A stretch of DNA of 64,000 nt. It comes from Vicugna vicugna (taxonomy: Eukaryota). The notes under the pieces were generated by a model. It saw nothing but the letters and a program-made list of their open reading frames with translations, ran no database searches and was not told the DNA's origin. Position numbers and translations under genes: made by a program. Positions 39,254-52,973 of the stretch are shown here, in pieces. The stretch covers positions 434,001 through 498,000 of the forward strand of contig MU058054.1 in assembly GCA_013265495.1 (NCBI GenBank), given 5' to 3'. Numbering within the stretch: the stretch's first letter is position 1; every line of letters starts with the position of its first letter.

Positions 39254-41366
39254 CCAGTAATCTAATGCAGGATCTGTAAATAAATCAGCCCCCGAAAACT
39301 CCTCAAGTGACCCTCTAATTAACATTAAACAAACTAAGTGAATAATGTTAATGCCTTTCCTAGAGTAGATACAGCTTTTCTTTAAAAATGATAAAATAGT
39401 ACACAGCAATAGCTGGGTAGAAATCATATTATACTCATGGAAAAGTGCCAAATCAGTACACGTTCAAATGCACATACCGTCAAATATTACAAAGCATAAA
39501 AGGAAAGCATATAAGCACGTGATTCATGTAAAATAGTCACTTTTTGGTAATTTATTGTATTAAACAGTATACACATTTCCCCAGTTCCTGTAAAACTATT
39601 ATACCACAAATACTACTCCCATTTGCATCATGAATAGTAGTGAATTATTTCAGAATCCACAAAATAATGTTTTAGAGTTTGGAAGAACTCCCTGAGTAAT
39701 TATTTATCAAATGACTTTAAGATTAGTCAGATTATATTTGAGGCATTCAGCAATTTTCTACTCACTGGTCCAGTTGCTTAAAAATTAACTGCCAACTTTA
39801 TTCACTAAGTGGATTCAATAAAGGTGTTATTTTCCATATAGCTAAAGCTTGGGAAAAGCCATAGTAAGCCCTAAAAAAATCAATTTCCAGGGAATTGCAC
39901 TGCCTTGCATGGGCAGAAAATGGATGGAGTTTTTAATTCAATATCACCTGGAAAAAAATAGTTTGCTTTCAGACCATTATAGTAAAGCTTTAAATATTTT
40001 TGCTCTACTCTAAACTTCCACCAATTGAATAAAGCAAGACTCCATTTATCAAGGGAAATATTTTTCTTCTATATATTTCTGAGGTTGAAGCTTCAGAGAG
40101 CTGTGATAATTAGGAATACAGTGCAGGTAACAGAAACAGCTTCCTTTCCAAGCCATTTTGCCAAACCTTAAAAGAATATTGACAGATTAATGTGTAAAGG
40201 CCAATTCAGCACCCAATTTAACTGTAGTACAACCTGATTGATGTAATTTGCAATCAGCTAATTACTATATTTAGGGTCAGAGGCAAAATGACAGACAAGT
40301 CAGAAAAACTGGCTCCTATTTTCCTATTTGAGGGAAATTCTGTTCTTCAATACCTTTATATCGCTTACACAGAAAAAACAAACCATATTTTAACCTGTGT
40401 AAAATACATGGCATGAAGAAAAGAAAATCTCATTATTCTGGACCAAATGATAACTTTTAAAACAGCATAAAAAAAGGTGACACACGAAGTACCTTGAGAT
40501 GCTAAACCAGCAGAGCTGCTGTTGGGTTGACTTTGGCCAATGGGTATAAAGGTCACGCATGTAAACAGCAGGATCTGCTGGAGGGTACAAATAGGCTAAT
40601 TCCTTGAAAACATTCCTCAAGGTAGTCTAAACATGACTCACAACCTAATAGCCTAATTTGTACTATTAACTTGCCTAACAAGCTGCGCCCTCATCACGGC
40701 TGGAAGTAAATTTCTAGGAGAAATTTCACTCACTCGAGTCTACAAATTCTGAATTAGTGGCACTGAGATCTAAGGGTAAGCAGGATGTAGCTATAGATCT
40801 AGGCTCGGAAAGCCCAAATCTGCGATGACATCCCCTCCACCTCCACCACTCCATCAGTCTTCCAGGTTAAAGGACCAGTAATTTCCTCCCAGAAAAATAT
40901 AAGCAGCAAAACTTACTGATATTACACAGTCCCAGTAGTACACTGCAATAGACCTGGACTGTGGAGGGGGCTGGATTTTGTGGTATTTTGTTGGAGGAAG
41001 AGAAGGCAAAGGGGTACGTAGGTCTCTGAGCAGCTTCAACCATTATAACCCCAACATCATCGTCTTTTCTACCTTTAATACCCATTGGTGGAGCTGTCAC
41101 CCACCAGCACTGCAGCCTAACCAGGGGCAGCAGACGTCAGAAAAAGGCGGGGAATAAGCTGAAAGCTCCAGAGAGTCGGAGGATGCTGTAGACGTTGTCC
41201 CACATGTGCCGTGTGTGTGTGTGCATACGTGTGTGCGCATGCGTGTGTGTGCACTAATGCAATGTGCAAGCAAATTCGAGGGTGGAAATCAGGAAGCCCT
41301 CAGATAATGAGGAAGATTTGGAGTCTCATAAAGATAAAAACGGTTTTAAAGAACAAGTTCTAGAAC

Positions 41367-41443
41367 TATGCCACTCAAAAAGACAGCAGCCATAAAAAAT
41401 TAAAATTATGCCACTCAAAAAGACAGCAGCCATAAAAAATTAA
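41367..41443. repeat. Tandem duplication, 40-bp period
   Basis: TATGCCACTCAAAAAGACAGCAGCCATAAAAAATTAA at 41367 and 41407, identical over 37 bp. Confidence 0.95.
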
Positions 41444-44400
41444 GTGTTTCTACAATGTTTGAAAATTTTATATAGACATTGCCTGGCCTGTGAATGTGAT
41501 TGATAGATTTTTCCATTAAAAAATATCAGACTCTTTTTCTTTCTGCTTATTTTAATCTTCTATTTTTTTTATAGAGTATACAAATATTATTCATGTCAAA
41601 AAAGTTTTGAAAAGGAAAACTATTAGGGTCAAGCTCATGAATTGATTATAAACAAATTTTGAGAATTTCATATCTCTGATCAAAATGGGTTACTTTGATT
41701 ATCTCAACTATGAAAAAATCATTAAAGGGATCAACACACAGCTAAAAACATTTTTGCCTTTTTAGTATACAAAAGCATATTAATTCAACTTTTCAAAGTG
41801 AAGCAAAGGAATAGTGCTCATTATGATACAAAAGTGGAATTTACAAGCCTATAGAGACCATTTCAATATTACAGGTGGGATCGAGTATTATAAAAATCAC
41901 AGAATTTTGCAGTATTTTAAGCATGTAGCCCCATTTGCTTGGGTCATATAACTAGTCAGCAACAACTAGTCAAGGTGAGAACTCAGCCTTTCAGCGCACT
42001 TTGCCCAGTGCCCTGTCTGAGCAGCTGATTCCGTGTGTAAGTATGGAGTGACATCCTCTCCAACACTGGTCACTGGCCCTTCGGAAGGAAAACAATCAAC
42101 TGAAGGGCACTCGAAAGTGAAAAGCAATTTCAGCAACTACGGTAATGAGTTTTAAGAAGAGAAATCACATAGCTCTTTAGATTAAAAGAAAAAAAGAGGT
42201 AAAAGAAAGTTTTTATTCAATAAAGATACCAAAGTTGGTTTCCTTGTTATGACTTAAAAAAAAAAAAGGCAAATAAAAGGCAGAATAATAGATGTGAAGG
42301 AGAAGGAAGAAAAAGCCCTGAGAGTTACAATTAAGTGTCAACTGCCAAGACGGCAAATGACCTGGGCTCCACCGCTGGTGAAACAGGCAGGGGAAGTGAC
42401 AACCCACAGGGCGGAAAGGCTGTGTCTGGGTGGGCTGAGGAGGTGTCGTGTAGTTTGGACTCACACAGTTATACACAATTATACATCTATGTTTCAGTCT
42501 TCATATGGGCTCTGAAATGAATAATAAGAATCTAAGAGTTTTATATACTGGTTATAGTGTAGCTTTTAAAGCTAATTTTACAGTAGAATACCTATTTTTC
42601 TTCTTCCTCCCTTTTTTCTTTTTTCTAAAAAGTTTTTCTAAAGGCATTTGAAGTTCTTAAAAACCCAAACATGAGGCAGGATTAGAATTATTTTTAGATT
42701 TGTGACTTGTCAGTATGTTTATACTTGATTTATCAAGAATAGGAAAAAAAAACAACTGTCACCTTCTCCCACAAATTATAAAAAACAAACAGAGGAAAAA
42801 CAACTTTAGAGATGCAAAGGTCAAAGTCATACATCCTTGGAGTAACTGCACTTTTTTAATTCTTTAGATTGACCCATCGAGCCATTTCTAATCAGTTTCA
42901 AATCAAGGACCAATGTTAAACAGATGATACCACACTAAGACTGAAATGCAAAAAACACATCCGGAAAACACATCAGTGGTACTGATTTACAGCTCTCAAT
43001 AAAATATGCCAAAAATACCTTATGATTTGTTTTTTTTTAAGCTGGAAAAAAAGGAATCCTCCATCATAAAGGGATAACAGAAAAACAATGTCTCCATTGG
43101 AAAGACAAAATGTTAAACTTTTAAAAAAGTGTTTGATTTAATATAGTATTAATGAAATTAATGGAGAAAATGAAATGGAATTCAATTATGGATCAGCAAA
43201 GAAAATATTCTTTGTTTATTGTCTGCCTGTGTTAAGAAGAATCAGTACCTATCGCTTATAAATCATTAAAACAAAAATGCTCAATTAATTCTTATTTTAT
43301 ATGTAAAGGTCTGACAGAAACCAGTCCTATCACTAGACCTTTGCTTCACAAATCGAAGCAATAATGGTTTCAGAAAGCAGTCACACTCTATGAGCAGACA
43401 ATTGGAGAGATTTAGTAAATCCCACTTTATAGAGCAGAGACTAATCGGAAAACACAAGCCAGTCAAATGTTTCTTATGAACTGTTGACACTATATCAATG
43501 CTGAATCAATTGGTGGCATTTACTCTGAGTGACAGAAAAGAAATAAATATTTATATCACATAACCTATATCAATGAACCCAGGCAGAAAGCTATTTCTAA
43601 CCTGTCAATATTTGATTATCTTGAAGAATCATGTCCCTTTCTTTTAATGATTAATATGAATTCCTTATTAAATCTAAGTGGAGACTAGTGGAAAGGCAAA
43701 TCATTATTAATGCTTGAGAGCATAAACCACTAAAATAAAAAACTACGCTCAAGTGTTAAAGTATCGTTAAATGTGACTTACATCTTCCATATCAAGTGGT
43801 GTCAGTGTTCAGCCCGGAAATTTACTGACGTCTCAACTGCCCATTACCTCACTGCAGTGCAATCTCGTTCACTCTTTAGTTACCCGATTGCACCAAGGGT
43901 TGAGGAATTAGGATCAGGAGGAGGTATTTCGAGGACTTCCAAAGGTGGGGGTTCTTTGTTTTGTTTCATTTGTTTTTGTGAATGACAGTAAACGCAATAA
44001 AGGCTAATCCTTAAAAGAAAGGATATGCCATACTGTTTGAGGTGGGGGTTAGCACACTGCCCAGGGAAAGCTATAAACAATCTTTAAGTGTCAAAAACCA
44101 CTGCCATGACAATCTCCCACCAGAGAGAACCTAACTGAGACCACTAGGATATTTATGGTACTCCGTTTGATGTCAGAACATTAGGAACATTTCAGAATTT
44201 TTTTTTTTGCACTGGAAATAAACTGTTTTTCATTTTTGAAAGAGGAATCTATGACAGGTTATTTTCCATTGCCTGGGTTGAACAAATGTAGTTAAAGCTT
44301 CTTAATTTATGTCAATTTGAAATATATTTTCCAGCTGAACAACACAAGTGACTCATACATAAATTACAGTTAGTAACTAGAATGCAAGCCGGTTGAAGAG

Positions 44401-45745
44401 GCATAAATATCCTAGGCTCGATATTTCTGCTTTTGGCCAGGTTTTGTTTCATGTTTCTGAAAAGACGCCAGGCACTAGGAAGACATATATGTGGACCTCA
44501 ATCTAAACGAACCTTTGGCTGCTTAGAGTTAAAAGTACTATTAATGTACCTAAAATGTTTGAGGCCATTAAGATTATGCATACACCACCAGACTCTCCTT
44601 AGCTGTACACAGAATATTTAAGGACCTGAATTCACACACTCTAGATGATGATCAGAAGTCAAAATCAACGTCCTTTTTCGAACTATATTCAAGGGATTAC
44701 GTGCTAAAGATGCACCACCATACAGTCCCCATTTTGAGGCGTGTACACCTCTTTAGGCTGCAAAGTTACAGGTGATATTAAAGGACAAACATGAGGACCC
44801 AGCTCTGTCTTCCTGACATGCCCCACTACAAGTACTTGATTCATGAAATGCCAATGAGGCTTGGAGAGGTCAGCGTGTGAAGGCACTGAATAAGCATCTG
44901 AGATAATTAAGATTTCAGCCTTCGAAACATGGACGGGAAGTGAACAGCAGTTAAGAAAATCAATAAGAGTCTTTTATTTGCGGTGACACAGATGTCTCAG
45001 TCAATAGAGCCTAATAGGCAGGCTTGATCGCAACGGACAGGCGCCTGCCTCCGAGGCTATCAAAGGGCTTCCTCTATAACAAACATTAAAACGCATTTAT
45101 GTTGCTAGTGAAGAATCGAGGACCCTGTAGGTAGCTTAATTTACCAGTGTATGTTTAAAAGCAATAGACTATTTCAGATGTGTCCATTTAGTTGAATCAA
45201 AATTAGAGAGAAATAACTGGCCCGCAGGCCCGTCTGTCCCTCCCTGGCTGGGGGAGGTCAGTCGGCTTCAGATGGCCGGTCAACCAGGCAAACTGAGGGC
45301 TCCGGAAGCCCAGGAATTCTCAATGCCAAAGGTCTGCTGTGACTCGGTTCCCCTAAAAAGCCAGTGTTGGTTTCAGGACAAAAGAAGGAACCAAGATGAG
45401 AAAGTGGACAGTTTTTCTTTTTCTCCCCAAAGATAATGAAGGAAACAGTCACCTCAGGATGCAGGGCCATATCCACAACCCATGGGTTGACACACTTGTT
45501 CAGAACTGATGAACTCTTTTTAAACTGAGCTGGCAGCAGGGTGTGCGCATGGTACTACAATCTGCTGGGAGTGAAACCCATTAGCACAGTTTGCAAAACG
45601 TGCTGCAAATTGTTCTGCCAATCAAATTAAGCCATGGAATTCACTTATGACACGAAGAAATTCACAGCCCCTTTATCTGTTTATTAAGTTTATGGATACA
45701 AAAACTGGACAGCACTAAGTTACTGCTGCATGTAATGACACCTAC

Positions 45746-45794
45746 CTGGCCATTGGCTAATATTTTTTTCAGTTCAGCAGAAGACTTCTTTAAG
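45746..45794 (-). CDS. MAP2K5: MAP2K5 coding exon 7 (49 nt), LKKSSAELKKILANGQ
   Basis: Acceptor tcttttcttttcag, donor gtaggt. Frame continuous with exons 6 and 8. Confidence 0.97.
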
Positions 45795-46284
45795 CTGAAA
45801 AGAAAAGACATAATGTTTAATGGCAAGTCTGTCAACACCTTTGAACACCACTGAAAATTTCAGACTAAAAGACACTTTAGTTTTAGGGGTAGACATGGGC
45901 TACACTCTTTACATCCTTCTCCCTAGATAAAATATTCTCAAAAGTAACTGGCCAAGTGGCAAAGGTATTGATAAAGGGACTGCAACCCCATTGGTAATCC
46001 AAAGCAAGAAAGAAGCCCGCTGTCGTGATGAAACTAGAATATCGTATGGACTAGTCCAGAGACCTCTTTCTGCTATTAGTTCTGGTGCCTTTTGGTGGCC
46101 TACGAGTGGCTATTTTACGTAGACTCTGTCATCTGCTAAACACCAAGTACTTAACAAGGCCCTCCGACAGAACGCTCACAGCGACGATTACAGGCTCCAG
46201 AAGATAAAAGAATTTAAGTCCTGATTTTTCACTATAGTTAAAAGTTACAATTCTGCTTACTGGGAAGCAAATGCGTAGCAGAAA

Positions 46285-46465
46285 TAAACCCTGCTACTCA
46301 CTAGCTGTGTGCTCTGCGACAGGATACTTGTCCTCGCTGAGCCTCGACTTCCTCTTTCTATAAAATGGGGGAAATATCAACATCACAGTGTAACCGAGAA
46401 AATTAAATATTACACAAAGCCCCAGCACTGTGCCTTGCACATAGAAGGTATTAAATCAAGTTTAG
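46285..46465 (+). mobile_element. MIR SINE
   Basis: ctgctactcactagctgtgtg...ctgagcctcgacttcctctttctataaaatggg. Confidence 0.8.
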
Positions 46466-48159
46466 CTGCCTTCTCTTTCCTTTCCTTTCCTGTAGGTATG
46501 AGACCCAGCTTCCAGAGCTATGTGAGAAATATGGAACATACATGACTATGTAAACACTTATGCGGATGAGTTTAAGGAGCGTGGCCAAAGGACACTGTCT
46601 GTGACGTCCTTCTAGCTTTATAATGAGTTACACACACCTGTACACATTCATCCAGTGAGCAAAGTGGTGTATAAAGTAGTACCTCCTCCCATCAGTGTTT
46701 TAATTTGAAATTTAAAGCTTGGTAACTCTGTCCTTAATCCGTGTACTCTAACCCCCTACCCTCCTGCTAAATTAACTCTCCTCCCTTTGGTAGTTATCTG
46801 TGGATGTCTTTCTTCCCACCATCTGCTCCCCTAAGGCTGGAAGCTCCCTCAGAACACAGACCAAATCTTACCCCTCTGTATGTTCCACTTCCTTCCCACC
46901 CCTGAACCTAGCCCAGTGACTTGGCACACACTAAGTGTTTGACAAATGGCGATCATTATTCTGGTTGTTATTACACGGTGGTAACACACACACATTCATT
47001 TGGTGCCCTTAATATGTTATATTAAAAAAAACTGCAGATTACAAGTTTGACCACACTTACCATTCCAAGTTATAATTATTTTTCTTTCTAAATACTTCTT
47101 AAACTTTTGCTATGGATAAATGCAGACTATGGAGGCCTAGTCTCTACTTTCTCCAGATTTTATAAAATGTGCCCTCCACCAATGGCTCTAAACTTCAGTA
47201 ATGTCCTCCCAAGTCTAAGAATTCATGCACTGAAATGGCAGTTAAAAATTCTGCAGAAAGGGACTGAAGCTGAAATATATACCAAAAAATAAACAACTGC
47301 CTAAAATCAGTCAAGTTGGGGGAAAAAAAAAATTAGTCTCTACCATTTCCTGAGTGATGCGCATGTGCCAAGCACTGTGCTAAATACTATTACTTACCAC
47401 CCTGATTTAAGCCTCACAGTAACCTGTGGGGCATATACACTTACTCCTGGTATATAAAGAAAAGTAAGGTACAGACCTTGCGCAAAGTCAGTCTGTCTCT
47501 CTTACACAAACACATACTTTCTTTTTCCCCCCTGGGAAACATTTGGATCCTTGTATTCCCATAAATGGTCTCAATTTAATATCTGCAATTATTGTAAAAA
47601 TAGAAATAACCAAGCAATGCCCAGGCGATGTTTCTCCACAGATATTCCATTATGTCATGCAACTTGAAATAATAACATTTTGATTCATTGCATTTACGAA
47701 ACACCTTTCATCCAAGAAACAAAACGTGACTCCTTAATACAGCTTCATCAATCTTCCTAACACCAGAGGTAGATAGATGGAAAGTTTAATCATCCCAATT
47801 GTACTGAAAGAGAAAGCCAAGATGCTCAGGAAAGGCCGTGCCTTGGCAGTAGGACTTGAATTCAGTAATTAAGGCCCAGGAACACCGTGCGGGTTAGTAA
47901 GCTCAGTTTAAAAAACAGTCATCCACCGAAGGCAAGGACCGATTCATGCTTTGAGAGTAACAGAGGGAAAAAAAACCTGATTTCATTCATTATGCCAGTA
48001 TCTGGCTACCAACTTGGTCTCTTTAAAAAAAAAATTGTATTTATATATCCTGGCAATTTCTTTGTGGCCCAGTTTACTCAATGTTTTGTTTATCTTCATG
48101 GTCACAGTGACTTGAGCTATCCAAAAATCACTTTAAAAAAAAAACTTTTTTTTAAAAGT

Positions 48160-48241
48160 TTTTTTTGGGGGGTGGGGGGAATTAGGTTTCTTTCTTTCTT
48201 TCTTTCTTTCCTGGGTTCAATCCCCAGTACCTCGTCATGCA
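48160..48241 (-). mobile_element. 5'-truncated tRNA-derived SINE with internal micro-inversion
   Basis: Minus-strand tail (ggggggaattaggtttctttc) abuts a plus-oriented B-box segment cctgggttcaatccccagt, then minus-oriented acctcgtcatgc. Confidence 0.8.
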
Positions 48242-48419
48242 CTAAAAACATTTTAAAGTTTAAATGTGATACAACTGTAACCTGGGTATGATGCTTTAAG
48301 AGGGACACTGAGATTTCCAAATAAGAGTAAAAGGGTGAGGGGAGCAGAAAAAATGTATCAGAAAAGCTGAATGAGTTGGGAGAATTTAATCCAAAGACAA
48401 GACTTAAAAGGACTATAAA

Positions 48420-49290
48420 TTCATTCATCTAATCACTTACCCAAGCATCATGTTGGGAACTGGGAATTCAAGAATGAATACGCTACAGTCACTGCCCTCA
48501 GAGAGTACGAATCTCCTGGGGGACAGAGGTGAGTGTTAATGTAATGTGCTAACTGCTACAGTAAAAGCCAGCACAGGGAGATGATGGGAGTTCATGGAAT
48601 GGGTACTGGGTGTAGACTGGGAGGTGGGTAATAATCTCGGACAGTTTTCAGAAGAAGACAACAGCTTTGTTCCTCGAAGATGACCAAGGTTAGCCAGACT
48701 AGAAGGCAAAGAAGGGAATGGATTAAAGGCAGAAAAAAGCAAGAAAGCAGCAGCAGCAGAAGTGAAGGCCCAGCCATGAGAGGAAATGCGATCCATTCAG
48801 GGTACCACGTATCCACCAGCAAAGTCAGAAGAGCAGCTGGAAGACAAGGAGTGGCAGGCTGAGGGACTGGCGCGGGCAGAGGCCCCACGTGTGGGAGGCC
48901 ACTGCTGGCCTGCCGTGAAGGGTACAGTCTGCGCCGAGGAGCAGTAAAAGGCGGGGTGATGGGCTCAGAACACGCATCAGCAAGATCACCGTGGCTGCTC
49001 TGTGGCAGAGGGACTGCGGTGGGGCAGGACGGAAGCGGGGGACTATTAGGACGCTGTAGCAGTGATACTGAAAGCCTGAATGACTTGTACAGCAACCGAG
49101 GTGCTGGCAAGTAGACAGACTGCACAGTGACTCAGCAGGCAGATCCTACAAATGTAAGGACTGACTGGACGTGCGGCTGAGGGAGGCCCAGGAGGCCTGT
49201 CAGCTGGAGTCAGCAACTAACAGGGTGGATGTCAGAGAATTCACTGAGACAGGACATGCAGGAGGAGAAGCATGTTGGGAAGGAAGGTGA
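48420..49290 (-). mobile_element. LINE-2 fragment
   Basis: Starts ttcattcatctaatcacttacccaagc; acagtcactgccctcagagag. Accounts for the ORFs at 48536-49125. Confidence 0.75.
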
Positions 49291-49599
49291 CTGGAAGCGC
49301 TATCATCTAGAGGAGGGCACAGCCCTGTTCTGAGGGCTAAACTCAATCTTCATGGTTGGGCGCTAAAGGGAGACAAATCTCAGCTCATGAAAAAGAACGT
49401 TCTGACACACAGCCACAGACAATGGGACGACTGTCTCTGCCAGTGAAGTGCACTCCTGCCACAGGGATGCTCGGGAAGAGCTGGGATGACCGTCTGGCGC
49501 AGCGGGGAGTCGGACCCCAAGGAGAGCAGGATTAGGTTAGGCTTCCCCTTCTCACGCTCCGGAGCACAGGCAAAGAGTCAGAAACACAGAACTGCCCAT

Positions 49600-50125
49600 G
49601 GCCGCTCTTCTGCTGAAGGCCGTTCAACGGCTTAGCCAACACACTGAGAGGGACGTTTAAACACAAGCGCCACGTGATCGGGCTCCAGCCTACTTCCTTT
49701 TCTCCCATCACGCCTACTGTTCTACCCCCTCCCCCACCCACCCCCCTGTGCTCCAGCCAAACTGAACATGCGGAGCTCCATTTCCACCCCAGGGCCTTCA
49801 CTTAGGCTCTCCCCACCCTCTGATGTGCCTTCTCTGACTCTTGACGTGGTGAGGTCCTTCTCATCCTCTAGGACGAGGTGGAATGTCACTCACCTGGGCA
49901 CCCAGTCTAAATCTAAACACATTCCTGCCCCGTGTTCTCTCACTTCAAAATCTGCTTGTTCCCTTCATAACACTAATTATAATGTATAATTACTTATATA
50001 TTGGGTTTTTTTTTTTTTGGTCCGTATGCAGCAAGCTCCAGAGAATAAGGATCACACTGTATTCCTAGAGGGTAGGACAGCACCAGATAAACAGGAGGCA
50101 CTCAGTAAATACTTTTGATTTGTTA
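49600..50125 (+). mobile_element. LINE-2 3' fragment
   Basis: ctgtgctccagccaaactgaac...ccagggccttcac...aggaggcactcagtaaatacttttga. Confidence 0.7.
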
Positions 50126-51902
50126 CCAACGTGGAGAACAGAACATGGTCAACCTAGGGCGGCATATTAAAATCACCTGTGGGGCTTTTTCAAACTGCAT
50201 TCCTCCCATAATAAAAGTCACTCCTGGGGCAAACTGCCATTACTATTTGGGAGGCTGTCATACCCCTAAGGGGAGACGTTGCAACAAAGGGCTGAGAACC
50301 ACTAGATAGGCGGTCTCTGTTCAACCTGAAGATTTTAATACTCTGTGAATATAAATAATAATTTTTTTAAAAATCAGGCTAATTCACTTGGGTTTTGGTT
50401 AAAACCAAATCTGAGAGATCGGAATGTTACACTGCTGGATCTCTCTTACCAACTTTTCCCTCCGTCCTGCTTGTTACACCATGATGAACTTTGATCTAAA
50501 ACACCAGGAAAAGTCCCTGCTTTCCCCTACGGCTCCTAGTCAGTCTGTCTGAATAACATCTTTTCTAGAAGCAGCAGTAAGAATTAAATGCCCTGCACTC
50601 TTTGAGCTGAGTGGAACAAGACACCTCAGTCCCCATGCCTCTACTCGGTGGGCCATGGCTCACATGCCCAACAGGACAGAAGAGAGAAGCCACTGAGCAT
50701 CGCCTGGCAGGGCCAACTGGCTGGATGAGGACGAAAAGACCTACCCCTTGGGACCAAAAGACACATGATCTACTGGTGAATAACCAGGGGATGTGTCTGA
50801 AGACAGAGCAAATTGTTTAAGAAGGAAATACACTTTAAGAGTAGTGTGTTCATAGCAGAAAAGCCACAGGGAGGTATACTGACACTACCAAAAGGTAATC
50901 AAAGAAGTGACTTTTCGGGAGGGGACAGGAGACCAGAGAGACTCAGAAAGAGACACTTTAAATTGCCTGCAGTAAAGCCTGGCAGCGGAAGAACCAAGAA
51001 GCTGGGTGAAGGCGGTAAGGAGGGGCATGGAAGGGAAAGCGGAAGCCTCAACTACATCTCAGCAGACACAGATGCAAACACTGGCTGCTGCCCTAAACCC
51101 AGAAAGACCTGGGCACACAGTGAAGGTTTTCTGGCTCGGTGTTGGCTTTTCAGCCACCAGTGTGAATACATACACACAGAGCAATCACCCTCACAGTGTC
51201 ATCTTCAAGTACAGTAATATGATGTTGACCAGCTGAATAACTGAGTGTATAACAAACATGACCTACAATTCTATCAGCTTAAGCAAGTCCCGATGCTTGA
51301 GAACCTTAATGTTCTGGCAGTAAGTTCTCAGGCCTGTCAGAAGAACACTTCGGAGAGTCTCAAGTCTTCAGTATGCATCCCAGTTGTGGGACAACATTAG
51401 CATGAATTAATAAAAATTATCTTCCTTCTATACTAGTTCAATCTCTTGTATAGCCAAGGACACAAAAACGAGCAGCTTGTCTGGTGAACTTAAATGTCAC
51501 CACTTTACACTTTCGTTGCCTCTTTCTGGGGAAGGTGTTAGAGGATCACGACACTGCCAAGAGATGGACAAGCAACACAAAAGTAATATGCATTATACAA
51601 ACAGGTCATTAAAGCATAAACAGTCAAACGCACTGGATTTTCTGTACAATTTGGAGACTGAAGGAAAGCCATTCCACCAAAATTAATAGTTCAGTGTGTC
51701 TAATTTTATCTTTCTCTATGAGGTCCTTTCTTTTCGTCAGTACATAGCTAGGGTTACCCCCTCGGTCAGATTTCTCCTTAGTCACATACACACTTCTGTG
51801 TTCCTACAGGAAAGAGGCATCGTCCCACAAGCCTCTTCCCCACCCCACCCCCTCACTGTAGATACTCATGCTTATGGGCACGCTTCACTTGCTTGCTCTC
51901 AC

Positions 51903-51970
51903 CTATTGCTTGGAAGTGAATCTGAGACTGCTGGGCTGCTGTGTTGAGAGGGTCCTGCCCGGGTGTTCAC
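51903..51970 (-). CDS. MAP2K5: MAP2K5 coding exon 6 (68 nt), VNTRAGPSQHSSPAVSDSLPSN(S)
   Basis: Acceptor ttctttactcgtag, donor gtgaga. Ser/Pro-rich MEK5 linker. Confidence 0.97.
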
Positions 51971-52932
51971 CTACGAGTAAAGAAAGAGTCTTGATCAGTT
52001 CTGTGTTCTGAGGACACAGTTCTAATTAACCTATAATTTGCCACAAATTTCTCATTTCACTATGAAGGTTAATTAGCTTGTTGCTCAATAGACCTGTGGT
52101 TGGAGTCTATTCAGTATATAGGTTACAGAAATGTACAACCTGTATATTACATAATGCTTTCTTCCTGTCATTATTCAAATATTAAAACGGTGCTGAAAAA
52201 GGGAGAGATAAACGGGAAATTTTCAACTCACTGTCTAGAACTGAATTCAATTCTAGAGGAAAAAATACAATTCATGGATTTGTTGTATATATAAAAACAG
52301 TATGTTCAAAAAAGTATATTAAGAACACATTTAGGAGTTAGTAGTGAACCCCATGTTATTATATTCCTCCAGCTCTAAAACCAAGCAGAACACTGCAGAA
52401 TGTTATTTCACTGAAAAATGAGCTCCATGTAATTAATTATAAAATGCTTGAGTCTAATACAACAGCCAGTTTTTCTTTCAAATGTAAAGCCTTAAGCAGA
52501 AACCCAGAATTCAAAACACGCAGAACAATGAAAGGACATTAAATAGATATATGTTTCTAGCATAAATATGTCAAAAGAAGAGGGGGGTATTCTGTGTGCA
52601 ATATGCTTATGTGCTTAATTAATCACTGAAATGAAGTCTATATTTTCACGCAAATAAATCTTTGTGGAGACCAGCACCCAGGTCCTGAAGAAACAGACCA
52701 AAAGAGTTTCAAATGAAAAAAAAAAAAAGGCACCAAAATCCCTGTATCCAAATATATACACATATTGAGCAAATACTACAGATGAATCCCCCTCCACTTC
52801 CCATTTAAAAAAAAAAAAAAAGGATCGCTTGTCAGAGCTTGAGAAAGTGCAGTTTTATTTGACATTTCAATAAGTGGAACACAGCATTACAAATCCATCT
52901 AACTTTACTGAAACAATTATTGAAATTCGTAC

Positions 52933-52973
52933 CTTCAGGCCATGTATGTTCCGTTCCCCAGGAGGCTTGCAGG
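52933..52973 (-). CDS. MAP2K5: MAP2K5 coding exon 5 (41 nt), (A)CKPPGERNIHGLK
   Basis: Acceptor ctgtttcag, donor gtacga. Phase 1 start complements exon 4. Peptide matches MEK5. Confidence 0.97.

Noticed and set aside
41100..41135. CTCF site (aaccaggggcagcag)
   Set aside because: Lacks the 5' CC and is one G short of the core spacing.
28296..41392. Shared AAAAAGACAGCAGCCA at about 28296 and 41377
   Set aside because: A short A-rich match with no flanking homology; probably chance.
24666..41443. Direct repeats of about 40 bp as a CRISPR-like array
   Set aside because: Two unrelated two-copy tandem duplications without spacers, in mammalian DNA.
48592..49125. Longest ORF (177 aa)
   Set aside because: Low-complexity Pro/Leu/Ser translation over a decayed L2, with no domain or splice support.
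50611..51236. Overlapping + strand ORFs (up to 134 aa) as a retrocopy or nested gene
   Set aside because: No recognisable protein, poly(A) tail or TSD, and mostly non-ATG starts.
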